A DNA stretch of 56,960 bases from UHGV virus genome UHGV-1359774; one strand, 5' to 3'. This DNA comes from a virus. Made by a program: the position numbers and the translations under genes. Numbering within the stretch: the stretch's first letter is position 1; every line of letters starts with the position of its first letter. This document shows positions 46,739-55,808 of this stretch, one piece after another. The notes beneath the pieces are model-generated. The model had not been told where the DNA came from. It did no database searches and saw only the letters and a program-made list of their open reading frames with translations.

Positions 46739-47000
46739 CTATTCCTGGCCATGATCCATATCCAAGCTACGCCGATAGGCGCGGAGGGCCTGCTTGTCCG
46801 CATTGCAGTCGTCCAACGCGGCATACTGATCGATGACAAGATTGACTAAGTCCGCATTGGTTTTGATCTGGCGCGGTACAACCGGTTCGCAGTCATCCAG
46901 CAGGGAGTCGGGAGGCATGAACTTAACGATCTTCACCGCCGGGGAGCAGGCGCAGCACATCATCAGGGAGCAGGCCAGTAGCCCAATCAGGATTATCCGC
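46739..47000 (-). CDS. Rz1-like o-spanin lipoprotein embedded in the +1 frame of Rz (start uncertain)
   Basis: Lipobox LIGLLAC followed by a Pro/Cys-rich region, within the Rz gene. Confidence 0.3.
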
Positions 47001-47240
47001 CGCAACTCGTGCGGCGCTATCTTTTCTCTCTGCTGCGCGCTGGTGGGCCAGATTTTGCGCTTCCCTCTGCACTTTGATTGCGGCATTGACCGCCTCCTGG
47101 TTGATTTCATGGGCCGCAAGCTGGATCTGCAATTTAGCCTGCTTCTCGGTCGCTCCCCGATACGCCGTCCACAAAGCCGCATTGACGGTCAACGACACGC
47201 AGATCAGAGCCGCCAAGCCGACAGCGGCCCACCGTATCAC
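46923..47240 (-). CDS. Rz-like i-spanin
   Basis: N-terminal TM then coiled coil; overlaps the endolysin stop. Confidence 0.5.
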   Translation of the reverse strand: MIRWAAVGLAALICVSLTVNAALWTAYRGATEKQAKLQIQLAAHEINQEAVNAAIKVQREAQNLAHQRAAERKDSAARVAADNPDWATGLLPDDVLRLLPGGEDR

Positions 47241-47851
47241 GCAATCTCCGCGAGCAGTTCGCCTTCGATCCGGCGGCGCACTTTGTATTGCGTGAAGCCA
47301 TATTTCATCTCATGCGTGGCTTTGCTCCACTCCTGGCGCGTGAGATAGCCCCAGAGCTTGGGCCAGTCGCGCCGCACGCCGCCGCATCCCTTCTGGAAGC
47401 AGCACGAAAAAATCACGGCCTGTGCCTGCTTGGGTAGGTTGTCTAAACTCACGCCCGCCGCCTTCTCGTAGGCTGGGCGCACGTAGCGGTCGAGGTAGCC
47501 GCGATGCACGCAATGGTCGATCTCGGCAGCGGCGTCGGGGGAGATGCTCAGCGGTAACTGTGCCAGCTTGGCGATAGCACGGAAGGTTTTAAGGCCGATG
47601 TAGGGGATCAGCGAGTTGATTATGGCATGAGACAGGCCATAGGCGCACAATGTGGCCACGTCGGTTTGCCCCAGGTCGCAGCCCGTGGCGATGGTCACGC
47701 CGGAAGCGCCGATGGCTGTGTATGCGTCCGGGTGCTGCCCGTAATCGCCGGTGAAGTTGCGGGGCCGAGCCGGGATGTAACCCCGCGTCTGCCGCTTCCC
47801 TTCGACACCGGGCTTATTCAAAAAATCGGAAATGTATTCGATGTCCGCCAT
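47237..47851 (-). CDS. endolysin, lysozyme-like (GH24 / pesticin-type muramidase fold)
   Basis: EGKRQTRGYIP near the N-terminus and a C-terminal block parallel to T4 lysozyme helices. Confidence 0.55.
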   Translation of the reverse strand: MADIEYISDFLNKPGVEGKRQTRGYIPARPRNFTGDYGQHPDAYTAIGASGVTIATGCDLGQTDVATLCAYGLSHAIINSLIPYIGLKTFRAIAKLAQLPLSISPDAAAEIDHCVHRGYLDRYVRPAYEKAAGVSLDNLPKQAQAVIFSCCFQKGCGGVRRDWPKLWGYLTRQEWSKATHEMKYGFTQYKVRRRIEGELLAEIA

Positions 47852-47920
47852 GCTTCGCTCCATTTGGGAGAAAGCATAGCAGAGCAGGCATCAAGCCATG
47901 TATGGGAATATCAGGTAAAA

Positions 47921-48139
47921 TCAGGGAATATCGTGGACTGTTCCTTCTTCAGACACCAAATTTCGCTGCCGAGCATATTCAATAAGCTCGTTTTTGAATG
48001 CAAAAACACCCCCGAATCCCCCCGATTTGCCGCTACCCTCTCTGCGTACAGGGTAACACTGTAAAAGTACTGTCTTCCGGCTCACACCCAAGTAAGCTTC
48101 AATTTCTTTCCAGCCACGCAAGATATCGTTTTCAGACAT
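47921..48139 (-). CDS. small HTH DNA-binding protein, possible late-gene regulator
   Basis: ORF just upstream of the lysis cassette. Confidence 0.3.
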   Translation of the reverse strand: MSENDILRGWKEIEAYLGVSRKTVLLQCYPVRREGSGKSGGFGGVFAFKNELIEYARQRNLVSEEGTVHDIP

Positions 48140-48159
48140 ATCGTTACTCCAAATCCTAT

Positions 48160-48447
48160 TTACCTTTTGCCCTGCCGCGCTTTATGCTCCCCAATGGCGA
48201 ACCGTATGGTTGTCGCAGCTACATCGAGAGCTTCGTCAATCTGGCGATCCTGACTTTCCTGTTCCCAGGCGTATTGCAGTTCCCAAAATTCAGACTCAAT
48301 AACATCCACGGCTTCTTCCGCGCTTTCGGCAAACACGGGGTGCTTTCCCCTGGCCTCTTCAAGCCGCCGGGCCAACATAAAAATCGTCTGCCGACCCTTA
48401 CCCACATCGCCATTGCCAAACGCCATACAGGCCCGGACATAGGACAT
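48160..48447 (-). CDS. hypothetical protein (start uncertain)
   Basis: ORF between RusA and the regulator gene. Confidence 0.25.
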   Translation of the reverse strand: MSYVRACMAFGNGDVGKGRQTIFMLARRLEEARGKHPVFAESAEEAVDVIESEFWELQYAWEQESQDRQIDEALDVAATTIRFAIGEHKARQGKR

Positions 48448-48485
48448 GGGCCAGTCTTTGCGCCTAGCACAGTTATGCTCAGCCA

Positions 48486-48995
48486 CTAGCTCAACCTCCT
48501 GATCTGTACCACGGCCTTGCCGCTCCGCACATTTTCGCCCCACTCCATGGACAGCCGCCGCACCTGACTGTCATCGAGCCAGACCCCGGCGTGCGTCAGG
48601 GCGTCAAGGAGGGCCTTGCCACCAAAGTTGTCGAGGTCACGCCGCCGGTTGTCCGGCGCATGGAGGGTTACAGCTACGGCGACGCCAGAGCCTATTCTAA
48701 GAGCCTTTCGTTCCGCCATGACCGTTTGTGTCACCTGCTGTCGAAAATCCCTTCCCGCTACGGATATAAGAGTTCTTGTGGCATTCCCGATGCGTACTGA
48801 CCGCCAGTAATGATTTACAGACGGTGGGAACGGCAGTTCTAGGACCAAGGGTGGATAAGCATCCTTGTCCGGGTTCGCCGGACACGATACGCAGCACAGG
48901 TCGCCGTCGATGGCACGGGGGCAGGTGAGGCCGGGGCAAGCGCTCACAGGTCGTTCCCCGCCGCGGCGTATTGGCCACTCGTTTTGGCGGCCCAC
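48486..48995 (-). CDS. rusA: RusA-family Holliday junction resolvase (true start probably internal, near LVLELPFPPSVNHYW)
   Basis: PPSVNHYW ... D..N..K..LD.L...G...DD pattern. Confidence 0.65.
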   Translation of the reverse strand: MGRQNEWPIRRGGERPVSACPGLTCPRAIDGDLCCVSCPANPDKDAYPPLVLELPFPPSVNHYWRSVRIGNATRTLISVAGRDFRQQVTQTVMAERKALRIGSGVAVAVTLHAPDNRRRDLDNFGGKALLDALTHAGVWLDDSQVRRLSMEWGENVRSGKAVVQIRRLS

Positions 48996-50347
48996 TCATC
49001 GGCGTGGGTATCCTCGACAAAATCCGAAAATGGCTTGTCAAAGAGCAGATTCGCCGCGCCCGTGCCCGAACTACGCCCCTTGGCGACGATGGCCCGCACC
49101 GGCATACGGGCAAGCCCCTGATTCGCCTTTTTTGCGTGCAGAAACATGACGATATCCGCGTCTTGCTCAATTGCCCCGGACTCGCGCAAATCAGACAGCC
49201 GCGGGGCGCGATCCGATTCCTCTACCTGCCGATTGAGCTGGGAGAGCAGCAACACCGGGCAGTCGCAATCCAGGGCGAGTTGCTTCATGGCGCGAGACAT
49301 TTCGGCCACCTCACGCTCCCGGCTGTTTTGCTTCGTATCGGGGTTGAGCAGTTGCAGGTAGTCCACCACCACGAGCCCAACGCCCTTGATGGACTTCGCC
49401 AACCGGCGAACCTCACGCGGTGTCATGGGCGCTATGGATTTTTCCACCACGCGCATGGGTAGGCCTGCGATCCTGGCCGAGGCCGCCTTGATGGCAGGCA
49501 GCACGTTGGGGGCCCGGTCCACACGCTGCCGAAAACACGAGAGGTCAATGCGCCCTTCCCTAGCCGTAAGACGGTTGCCGATGGTCAGGTCTTTGACTTC
49601 GCGGCTGATAAAAAGCGTGTCCACACCGTTGCGGGCCGTTTCCAGCGCCATGCATCCGGCCAAGGCCGTCTTGCCCATGCCAGGTCTGGCCGCGAGAATG
49701 ACAAGCTCGCCGGGGACGATGCCCCCACGCAATACCCGGTTCAACGATGGCCAGGGTGTCGGCAGTGGTTTTCCGGCTTCGCCGTTTTCAGCCGCGGCTA
49801 CAACACGCCCCATGAGTTCGGAAAGATCCATGGGCAGCACGTCCGCGCCGCCGTCCAGTTCAGCCGCCAGGGCTGTTAGTCCGCTGGCGATTTCCACCGG
49901 GTCGTTACCGTAGCGCTGGCAGTCACCGACGAGGCCCATGAGCATGGCTTCAGCCCGACGCTTGAGGCCTTCAGCGCGTACTTGTTGCGCGGCCAGCATC
50001 ACAGCGTCTTCTCTCCGGCCAAAAATGCTGAGCGTATAATCAGCCACCGTGGCCGCAGTGATCTCGTCAGGCCATGGTTCAGCCTTGGGATCATTGGCGG
50101 CCTGCCCTGCCCGGATGGCAGACCAGACGGCCTGGAGCGTCATCGGCGCACCGGATTCAGCCACAGCAGCCATGGCCCGGTAGATGGCTCGTGGAACCCT
50201 GGCCGTGAGCATGTCCAGGGGGCACACAGCCAGGAGATCACGGGCGCTGACCGTTTTGGCGCAGGCTGCCGTAAGGGCCATGTTCACGAATTCGTGCTCC
50301 CGGTCTTCACGCATTTCGACCACGTTGAATTTTTCGGCCATGTTCAC
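48944..50347 (-). CDS. dnaB: replicative DNA helicase DnaB-like
   Basis: Walker A ARPGMGKTALAG, LVVVDYLQLL, N-terminal DnaB helical domain; GGAGG RBS. Confidence 0.8.
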   Translation of the reverse strand: MNMAEKFNVVEMREDREHEFVNMALTAACAKTVSARDLLAVCPLDMLTARVPRAIYRAMAAVAESGAPMTLQAVWSAIRAGQAANDPKAEPWPDEITAATVADYTLSIFGRREDAVMLAAQQVRAEGLKRRAEAMLMGLVGDCQRYGNDPVEIASGLTALAAELDGGADVLPMDLSELMGRVVAAAENGEAGKPLPTPWPSLNRVLRGGIVPGELVILAARPGMGKTALAGCMALETARNGVDTLFISREVKDLTIGNRLTAREGRIDLSCFRQRVDRAPNVLPAIKAASARIAGLPMRVVEKSIAPMTPREVRRLAKSIKGVGLVVVDYLQLLNPDTKQNSREREVAEMSRAMKQLALDCDCPVLLLSQLNRQVEESDRAPRLSDLRESGAIEQDADIVMFLHAKKANQGLARMPVRAIVAKGRSSGTGAANLLFDKPFSDFVEDTHADEWAAKTSGQYAAAGNDL

Positions 50348-51255
50348 GCCTCCGGCCTGTTGTCGTATTTGCCTTCAATCACGCCCACAAAGCCTCCAGG
50401 GCTCATAAGCTTGTCAAAATCCACCCGGTACACGCTTCCATCCCGGAACGTCCGCTTGCCGGTAAGAAAGTCAGACATGGCCGCCTTGTTAAAAAGCCGC
50501 TGGAAGTAGGCCAGTCTTTCAGCGGCGGAATCAGGCCTTTTGAGTTCTCGGAGTCGTTTCCCCGCGTCTCCCCATCGAGCTTTCACGGCCCCCTTGCGCT
50601 TGGTACTAAGCAGCGCAACGCGGGGGTGCTCGGGGAAGGCTGCGTGATACATGTCCCGGATTTGCTCATAGGGGCATGGAGGTATGTCTTTGCGTTCAGG
50701 ACATTGTGCCTTGAGCGAAGGTGACTCTGCTGCCAAGGCTGTGCTGTATTCCTGCCCGTCAAGGCCGGTTGCGGGGGCGTCGTCGCCCACCGGCGGCGAC
50801 AAGCACTCGAACGAAGTGAGAGTGCTATCTTGTATTTTTCTTTCTTTCTTACCTTCTTCTTCCTTATAGGAAGGTTGTCCATCGGTTAACCGCTGGTCGT
50901 CCATTGGTTGACCATCGGTTAACCACCGACTTGATTCTGATTGCTGATAAGTGTTCCAGTTTACTATTGTTATTATGCAGAATCGGTTAGCCACATTCTC
51001 GATCGTGATGAAGTTGTCAGCTTGCAGGTGCTTCAACATGCGGACAACCGTTGATCGTGGGGTATTCAGTGCTTCCGCCATGTTGCTTAACACAGCCCCG
51101 AACTGCCCAGGCTTGAGGGTACGCCCCTGATAATGAGACTCTTTCCAGCAGGCGCGCATGAGCAGGTTGACGATAAGTCCCTGATAGACGAGGCCACGTG
51201 CCCAGGAAGATGAATCTTGGGCTTTCCGCCAAATTTTGATATATCCTCTATCCAT
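50344..51255 (-). CDS. replication initiation protein (lambda O-like, with internal iterons)
   Basis: N-terminal HTH-like region; iterons within the coding sequence; coupled to dnaB. Confidence 0.5.
   Translation of the reverse strand: MDRGYIKIWRKAQDSSSWARGLVYQGLIVNLLMRACWKESHYQGRTLKPGQFGAVLSNMAEALNTPRSTVVRMLKHLQADNFITIENVANRFCIITIVNWNTYQQSESSRWLTDGQPMDDQRLTDGQPSYKEEEGKKERKIQDSTLTSFECLSPPVGDDAPATGLDGQEYSTALAAESPSLKAQCPERKDIPPCPYEQIRDMYHAAFPEHPRVALLSTKRKGAVKARWGDAGKRLRELKRPDSAAERLAYFQRLFNKAAMSDFLTGKRTFRDGSVYRVDFDKLMSPGGFVGVIEGKYDNRPEA
50877..50924. repeat. three imperfect 14-15 bp direct repeats GTCCAT(C/T)GGTT(A/G)ACC (candidate ori iterons)
   Basis: Direct reading. Confidence 0.45.
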
Positions 51256-51283
51256 GAAATGCCCCGATATGAATGGAGGTGCT

Positions 51284-51460
51284 ATGAGCAATTTTGAAAT
51301 CCCAGCCAGACAATCTATAAAAATTGATGTCGAAGAGGGCGGGGAATGGATTGTGTTTAGGCAGGATGACGCGTCTGTGGCGATTCACAAAAAGGACCTG
51401 CCGAATGTCATAGATTACTTGTGTGACATTGCTGGTGTAGGAAGCAGTAAAACGGCTTGA
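51284..51460 (+). CDS. hypothetical small protein
   Basis: GGAGGTG RBS. Confidence 0.3.
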   Translation: MSNFEIPARQSIKIDVEEGGEWIVFRQDDASVAIHKKDLPNVIDYLCDIAGVGSSKTA

Positions 51461-51565
51461 CTTTTTTTCCTGATCCGCACGCGGTTCGGATGCAAATACT
51501 CCGTACTTGCCCCCGTGTACTTTCGTAAGGAGGCAATCTGGCTTTTGGCGCACCCGCGTGAATAG

Positions 51566-51665
51566 TTGACAAACATCAGTGTTATGGTACATACTGTTCT
51601 CGTTGATTAACGATCTTTTGTTTCCCGCATTAAGCCCGGTCGCCTGCCGGGCTTTTCCTTTTTCC
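51566..51665 (+). ncRNA. candidate oop-like small RNA: TTGACA -35 (51566-71), weak -10, intrinsic terminator AAGCCCGG-loop-CCGGGCTT-TTCCTTTTT at 51632-51665
   Basis: Promoter-like and terminator elements ~65 nt apart on the strand opposite the early-right operon, between the CII-side genes and the O-like gene. Confidence 0.3.
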
Positions 51666-52064
51666 CTAGGCATACACAAAATCTTCATCCACGCGCTGCG
51701 CTGTTTCACTTCCACCTCTGATCCTGGACCAGCACGCTGAGCAGCGATAATTGCCGTGGCTTGGCTTTCCGCAGTCGTGGCAACGGCGTACTTCCTGTTT
51801 CAGGGCAGCCTTTTCGTCAAAGCCGTATTCACTCTCTGCCCTGCGCTCCCACACAGATTTTTGCGGGGCGAATGCTTTCTGACGAGATTTAGCCGTCTTT
51901 TGCTCTCTCCGGTTTTTCAACACCTGGCGGCAGCCCTTGCAGTGTTTGGGGTTAAGCGCCAGCCCGGCGGTGAACTCTCGGCCGCACCGCTCGCACTTCT
52001 TTTTCACGCACCAGACGCCGTTTTTAGCTCTAAAAGCGCCTTGCGCTGGCTTCTCGTTCGCCAT
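51666..52064 (-). CDS. zinc-ribbon protein (four CxxC pairs)
   Basis: GGGGAAAGAG RBS before MANEKP. Confidence 0.4.
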   Translation of the reverse strand: MANEKPAQGAFRAKNGVWCVKKKCERCGREFTAGLALNPKHCKGCRQVLKNRREQKTAKSRQKAFAPQKSVWERRAESEYGFDEKAALKQEVRRCHDCGKPSHGNYRCSACWSRIRGGSETAQRVDEDFVYA

Positions 52065-52245
52065 CACTCTTTCCCCGTTGCCTGCTTCAGCAGGTCTTCC
52101 CAAATCTCTTGCTCATAGGTCCGCACATAGGCCGCTATGTCTTCCCGCCGCTGAGGATCGCGTATCTCCACCTTTCCGCCCGGCAACGCCGTGAGGTGAA
52201 GGTCTGGGTAATAGGCGAAGAGGAAGGCGGCGCGGTTCATGGGGC

Positions 52246-52719
52246 CTACGACTCTCCATTCTCGAGCACGTATTCCCGCCGATATTGCTCCACGGTCTCG
52301 TCGATCTCTGACTGGAGCGCACGCGCCAACATGGCGATCACCGCAGGCTTATTCCGCTTGTCACGAAGGGCTTGTTGGAATTCATCCAGGGCATGCAGAT
52401 CATCCAGAGCTTCGTCACGCACGTCGGCATGATCCGGGATCGAGCACAGCGGCACAGCCTTGAAACCGCACTTGGAATTGAGCCAGATCACCGGCGCGGG
52501 GGCACTTTTGAACGGCATATGGATGCAGGCGCGGATCAGCGGAAGGAGCGTATCAACCCCCAGCTTGCCGCCTTCATCGGTCGCATCAAGTTCGCGATAC
52601 AGTGTGGAGTAGCCCTTGCCGATTTCAGCGGCGATAGCCTTGAGGGGCCTACCGCTATCATCCACCATTCTGGCGCAGACTTCAGAAAGCGGAATGGTGT
52701 TAAAAAAGTCGCTATTCAC
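52246..52719 (-). CDS. CII-like / HTH early regulator (tentative)
   Basis: GTG start with AAGAGGAA RBS; HTH-like LKAIAAEIGKGYSTLYREL; position downstream of cro. Confidence 0.3.
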   Translation of the reverse strand: MNSDFFNTIPLSEVCARMVDDSGRPLKAIAAEIGKGYSTLYRELDATDEGGKLGVDTLLPLIRACIHMPFKSAPAPVIWLNSKCGFKAVPLCSIPDHADVRDEALDDLHALDEFQQALRDKRNKPAVIAMLARALQSEIDETVEQYRREYVLENGES

Positions 52720-52913
52720 TGTCCGTTCCTCTTTGTGCTACAGCATGGGATTATGGACCCATGCAAAATTTCGTTCCCGCCCTGCTCCGCCTTACAGCCC
52801 GGCCCCGCTACTGGCGTATTGCCGTCATCCTGCCGGGGCGCATCCTTTGGCGCACCTACAGCCGCGTGGAGTACCCGACGCCGGACGAAGCAGTGCTGCG
52901 GTGTCTGGCGGGG

Positions 52914-53078
52914 CTACTTTTTCCCGATGTTTTGATGGCTGCTTTGAAACCCGGAGTTCATACGCCGCCATCCTCGGATGAAGAAAAAAGTGGAGATGAT
53001 AAACACCACGACGCCAATAAGACTCAGGGCGCAATAACCCATGAGCACCCACGTAGCGACTTCAAAAAATTGATCCAT
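52914..53078 (-). CDS. 54-aa hydrophobic membrane peptide
   Basis: GAGGAG RBS. Confidence 0.3.
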   Translation of the reverse strand: MDQFFEVATWVLMGYCALSLIGVVVFIISTFFFIRGWRRMNSGFQSSHQNIGKK

Positions 53079-53251
53079 AAATTACTCCTCGCGCCAGAGG
53101 CTGCCTGTAGTTTTGATGATGCCGCAGCCGAGAGTCAGAGCAAGTTCAGCCGCAGTGAGGGACAAGTCCATGATTCAGCTCTTCATTATGATCCAAGCAA
53201 TCGCTACCATCCAGCCATTGTGGATACCCAGATAATGACTCCTTCCATGAC

Positions 53252-53371
53252 CTACTCCTTTCCGGCGGCATACAGCCACAGGCAGACCAGCGCGCTAAAG
53301 AAAGCCACCACGGACACGCCGAACCACAGCGCTGGCTCCCAGCCGTAGAAGGTGACGAAGCTACGCAGCAT
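53252..53371 (-). CDS. 39-aa hydrophobic membrane peptide
   Basis: GAGGT RBS. Confidence 0.3.
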   Translation of the reverse strand: MLRSFVTFYGWEPALWFGVSVVAFFSALVCLWLYAAGKE

Positions 53372-53374
53372 GGC

Positions 53375-53560
53375 TTACCTCATGCACTCAGCGCTAAACA
53401 GGCAAAGAATCCCCGCGATGAACAAGACCAGCGCGATACTCAGCCATTTCTTGCGGGCCACGCACAACCACGCAGGCAATTTCTGGGAGGCCCACAAAAC
53501 AAAATATCCGAGGATAGTCAGAGCGAAGGTGGCAATGTAGAGGATATCAACGCTATCCAT
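53375..53560 (-). CDS. 61-aa two-TM membrane protein overlapping the cro stop
   Basis: G-rich RBS. Confidence 0.35.
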   Translation of the reverse strand: MDSVDILYIATFALTILGYFVLWASQKLPAWLCVARKKWLSIALVLFIAGILCLFSAECMR

Positions 53561-53783
53561 CCCCGCCCCCTTCCCCCGGTTCGGGTTCGGGCGGCGTGGT
53601 GGGGGTGGCTATAACTCCTCGGTCAATTAGGAATTCGGCCAATCGCTCCCCAGTACTCTTTTTCTTCTGTCTCAGAAGATATCTGTTGAGTGATATGACA
53701 TTGACTCCAATCTCAGCGGCAAGCCGAGTTTGGCTCCACTTCGATTCCCGGAGGAAAATCTTTGTTTGCTCGCTAATGTTCAT
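53553..53783 (-). CDS. cro: Cro-like XRE-family HTH regulator
   Basis: HTH SQTRLAAEIGVNVISLNRYL; divergent from the cI-like gene. Confidence 0.6.
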   Translation of the reverse strand: MNISEQTKIFLRESKWSQTRLAAEIGVNVISLNRYLLRQKKKSTGERLAEFLIDRGVIATPTTPPEPEPGEGGGDG

Positions 53784-53892
53784 ATCAAAATTTTAGTCTA
53801 TTCACCACTCAAAAACAAGCCAAAAAAGTAAATCGGCGATTTGCCAGATTTTAGCGCATACGCTAAGAATCTAGAAAAAAGGTAGAAATATT
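53784..53892. promoter_or_regulatory. immunity switch region: operator palindrome TTAGCGcataCGCTAA (53851-66) inside a TTGCCA-N17-TAAGAA promoter toward cI; candidate PR TTGGCT-N17-TAGACT toward cro; second palindrome AAATCGgCGATTT (53829-41)
   Basis: Direct reading. Confidence 0.5.
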
Positions 53893-54525
53893 ATGGCTGC
53901 TGAAAAGCTCAGAAAATATTTCAACGCCATTATTGGCGAGGGAAAGCGTTTTTCTACCCAAACCGAAATGGCTAGATACCTAGGGCTTGGGCAAACCACC
54001 GCCACGAAGCTCTACGGCTTTTTAGATGGTGCGGATACTCGTTTTTCAGCCGTTGTAGACTGGCTTGAAAAACTGGGAGGCCAGATCGTATTGCCCGATG
54101 AGGAATTGGAACAATTTGAAATGATCCCCAAGGTTCGCGCTGTCGCTGGGGCTGGTGAAAGCCTAGTTACGTCCGGAAAGGTAACAGGGCAGTATGCTTT
54201 TCGTGAGAGTTTTCTAAAACGCGAACATATCCACCCTGAAAAATGCGTCCTGATGTGCGTCGCGGGCGATTCGATGGAACCCTTAATTCGGGAGGGTGAC
54301 ACTATTTTAGTGGATGAATCCGAAAAGGGTAAAGAGTTGCGTGATGGGCATATCTTTGTGGTGGGGTTGAGTGATGCCCTGATGGTCAAGCGCCTTGCCA
54401 AAATCCCCAGTGGTTGGAGGCTTTGCTCTGAAAACAAAGAACGTCCGGATATTGATGTACAGGGGGATGACTTCAATACGTTCCGTGTTTATGGCCGTGT
54501 CCGCTGGTTTGGGCGAGTGGTTTAG
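53893..54525 (+). CDS. cI: CI-like repressor with C-terminal S24 (LexA-type) peptidase domain
   Basis: N-terminal HTH; C-terminal GDSMEP ... TILVD ... K block. Confidence 0.75.
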   Translation: MAAEKLRKYFNAIIGEGKRFSTQTEMARYLGLGQTTATKLYGFLDGADTRFSAVVDWLEKLGGQIVLPDEELEQFEMIPKVRAVAGAGESLVTSGKVTGQYAFRESFLKREHIHPEKCVLMCVAGDSMEPLIREGDTILVDESEKGKELRDGHIFVVGLSDALMVKRLAKIPSGWRLCSENKERPDIDVQGDDFNTFRVYGRVRWFGRVV

Positions 54526-54647
54526 AGAACGTAAAGAAGAAATAAGTTATCTCAATTGGTGCATCAGAAGAGGCCGGGGCACTCCCACCTTATTGTTCCA
54601 GTGCGGTGATGGCTGACGCAACTGGCGCAAAAAGGAGGTGAGTCCTA

Positions 54648-54761
54648 TGGCTAAAACCAAGGAAGGGAAAAAGATTGTTCCCGTTAAGCCCTACGTCAGG
54701 AAAGCCCCTGGCGGTAGCAAGGTGTCGGTGAAGCGGCATCGGCGCTCAACGCCGAACTAAT
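54648..54761 (+). CDS. 37-aa highly basic peptide
   Basis: AAAGGAGGTG RBS; followed by a terminator. Confidence 0.25.
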
Positions 54762-54800
54762 CCTTAACCCAGCCCCGGCCTCTTCTAGTACGCCAACCAT

Positions 54801-54825
54801 GCCCTTCGCTCGAAGGGCTTTTTTG
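54801..54825 (+). terminator. intrinsic terminator GCCCTTCG-ctc-GAAGGGC-TTTTTTG
   Basis: Direct reading. Confidence 0.6.
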
Positions 54826-54908
54826 TGCCCTTTGAGCGGGCTACCAGCAGTAAATTTAATACCCTTATCTTATTGAATAATTAGCGTAAGTGCAAATATT
54901 TTTATCTA

Positions 54909-54964
54909 TTTTTTAGCTTAATTGCTAAAAATTTGTTGCAATATGATAGCGTATTCGCTATTCT
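54909..54964 (+). promoter_or_regulatory. PL-like early-left promoter TTGCAA-N17-TATTCT with two operator palindromes: TTAGCttaattGCTAA (54913-28) and ATAGCGtattCGCTAT (54946-61)
   Basis: Same half-site family as the operator next to cI. Confidence 0.45.
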
Positions 54965-55296
54965 AACTTTGCCAACGGGGGAAAGGCGGCGAACACGGGC
55001 CACGGCCCAGAAGCCGTTTGAACCTCGGAGGCTAAGGCCAACAAGTACCGGGTGCAGGCTACCTGCAAACGGGGCATGGCGGAAGGTGGATGCCTGATGA
55101 TGCCAGCCCGCAGTGGGAAAGGACACGAAGCACAGGGAAGGCCCGACAATTCCAACGGCATCGCCCGGCCGTCAAGAAGGGGCGCTCGAAAAACCACGGC
55201 GTGCTGCGCCGGAGTCTGTGAAGGACGAGAAAAACTTTAACTTCTTTTTGATTTTTCCTTGCCACCATTTTTATGGTGGCGAGATAAAAAGCAAAA

Positions 55297-55790
55297 TGGA
55301 GTTCGATATGAAAATAATCCCTCTTACAAAGGGCTTTAGTACAATCATTGACGATGAAGACTATGAATTGTTCTGTAGATTCAAATGGACAGCAAATGTG
55401 ACACGGCAAGATAAGGTATATGTAGTCCGTGGAACAAAAGAAAAAAAGAAGATATTTCTTCATCGTGAAATTTCAAAATGCCCTTCTGAATTGGTAGTTG
55501 ACCATATAAATGGTGACACTCTTGATAATAGAAGATCAAATTTGCGCTGCGTATCAAAGAGGATAAATACTCTAAATGCAAAAAATCTTTCAAGGAACAC
55601 ATCTGGGTATAGAGGAGTTTCTTTTTCCAAAGAAACAAAAAAGTGGGTTGCTAAACTAGAAGTTAGCTCTAATGGGCAAAGAAATACAATCTGTTTAGGA
55701 AGTTATAACTCTCCAGAACTCGCATTTGAAGCGTACAAAAAGAAATTTTCAGAACTATACGGGAATTTAGAAATGGTTTGGCTGAAATGA
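55297..55790 (+). CDS. HNH endonuclease with AP2 DNA-binding domain (homing-endonuclease-like), AT-rich
   Basis: VVDHINGDTLDNRRSNLRCVS HNH block; SGYRGVSFSKETKKWVAKL AP2 block. Confidence 0.6.
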
Positions 55791-55808
55791 CGACACACGG
55801 AGAAAATT

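Noticed and set aside
52761-53348. 195-aa plus-strand ORF overlapping the small membrane-peptide genes
   Set aside because: It has no RBS and lies antisense to several RBS-bearing short ORFs; it is likely non-coding.
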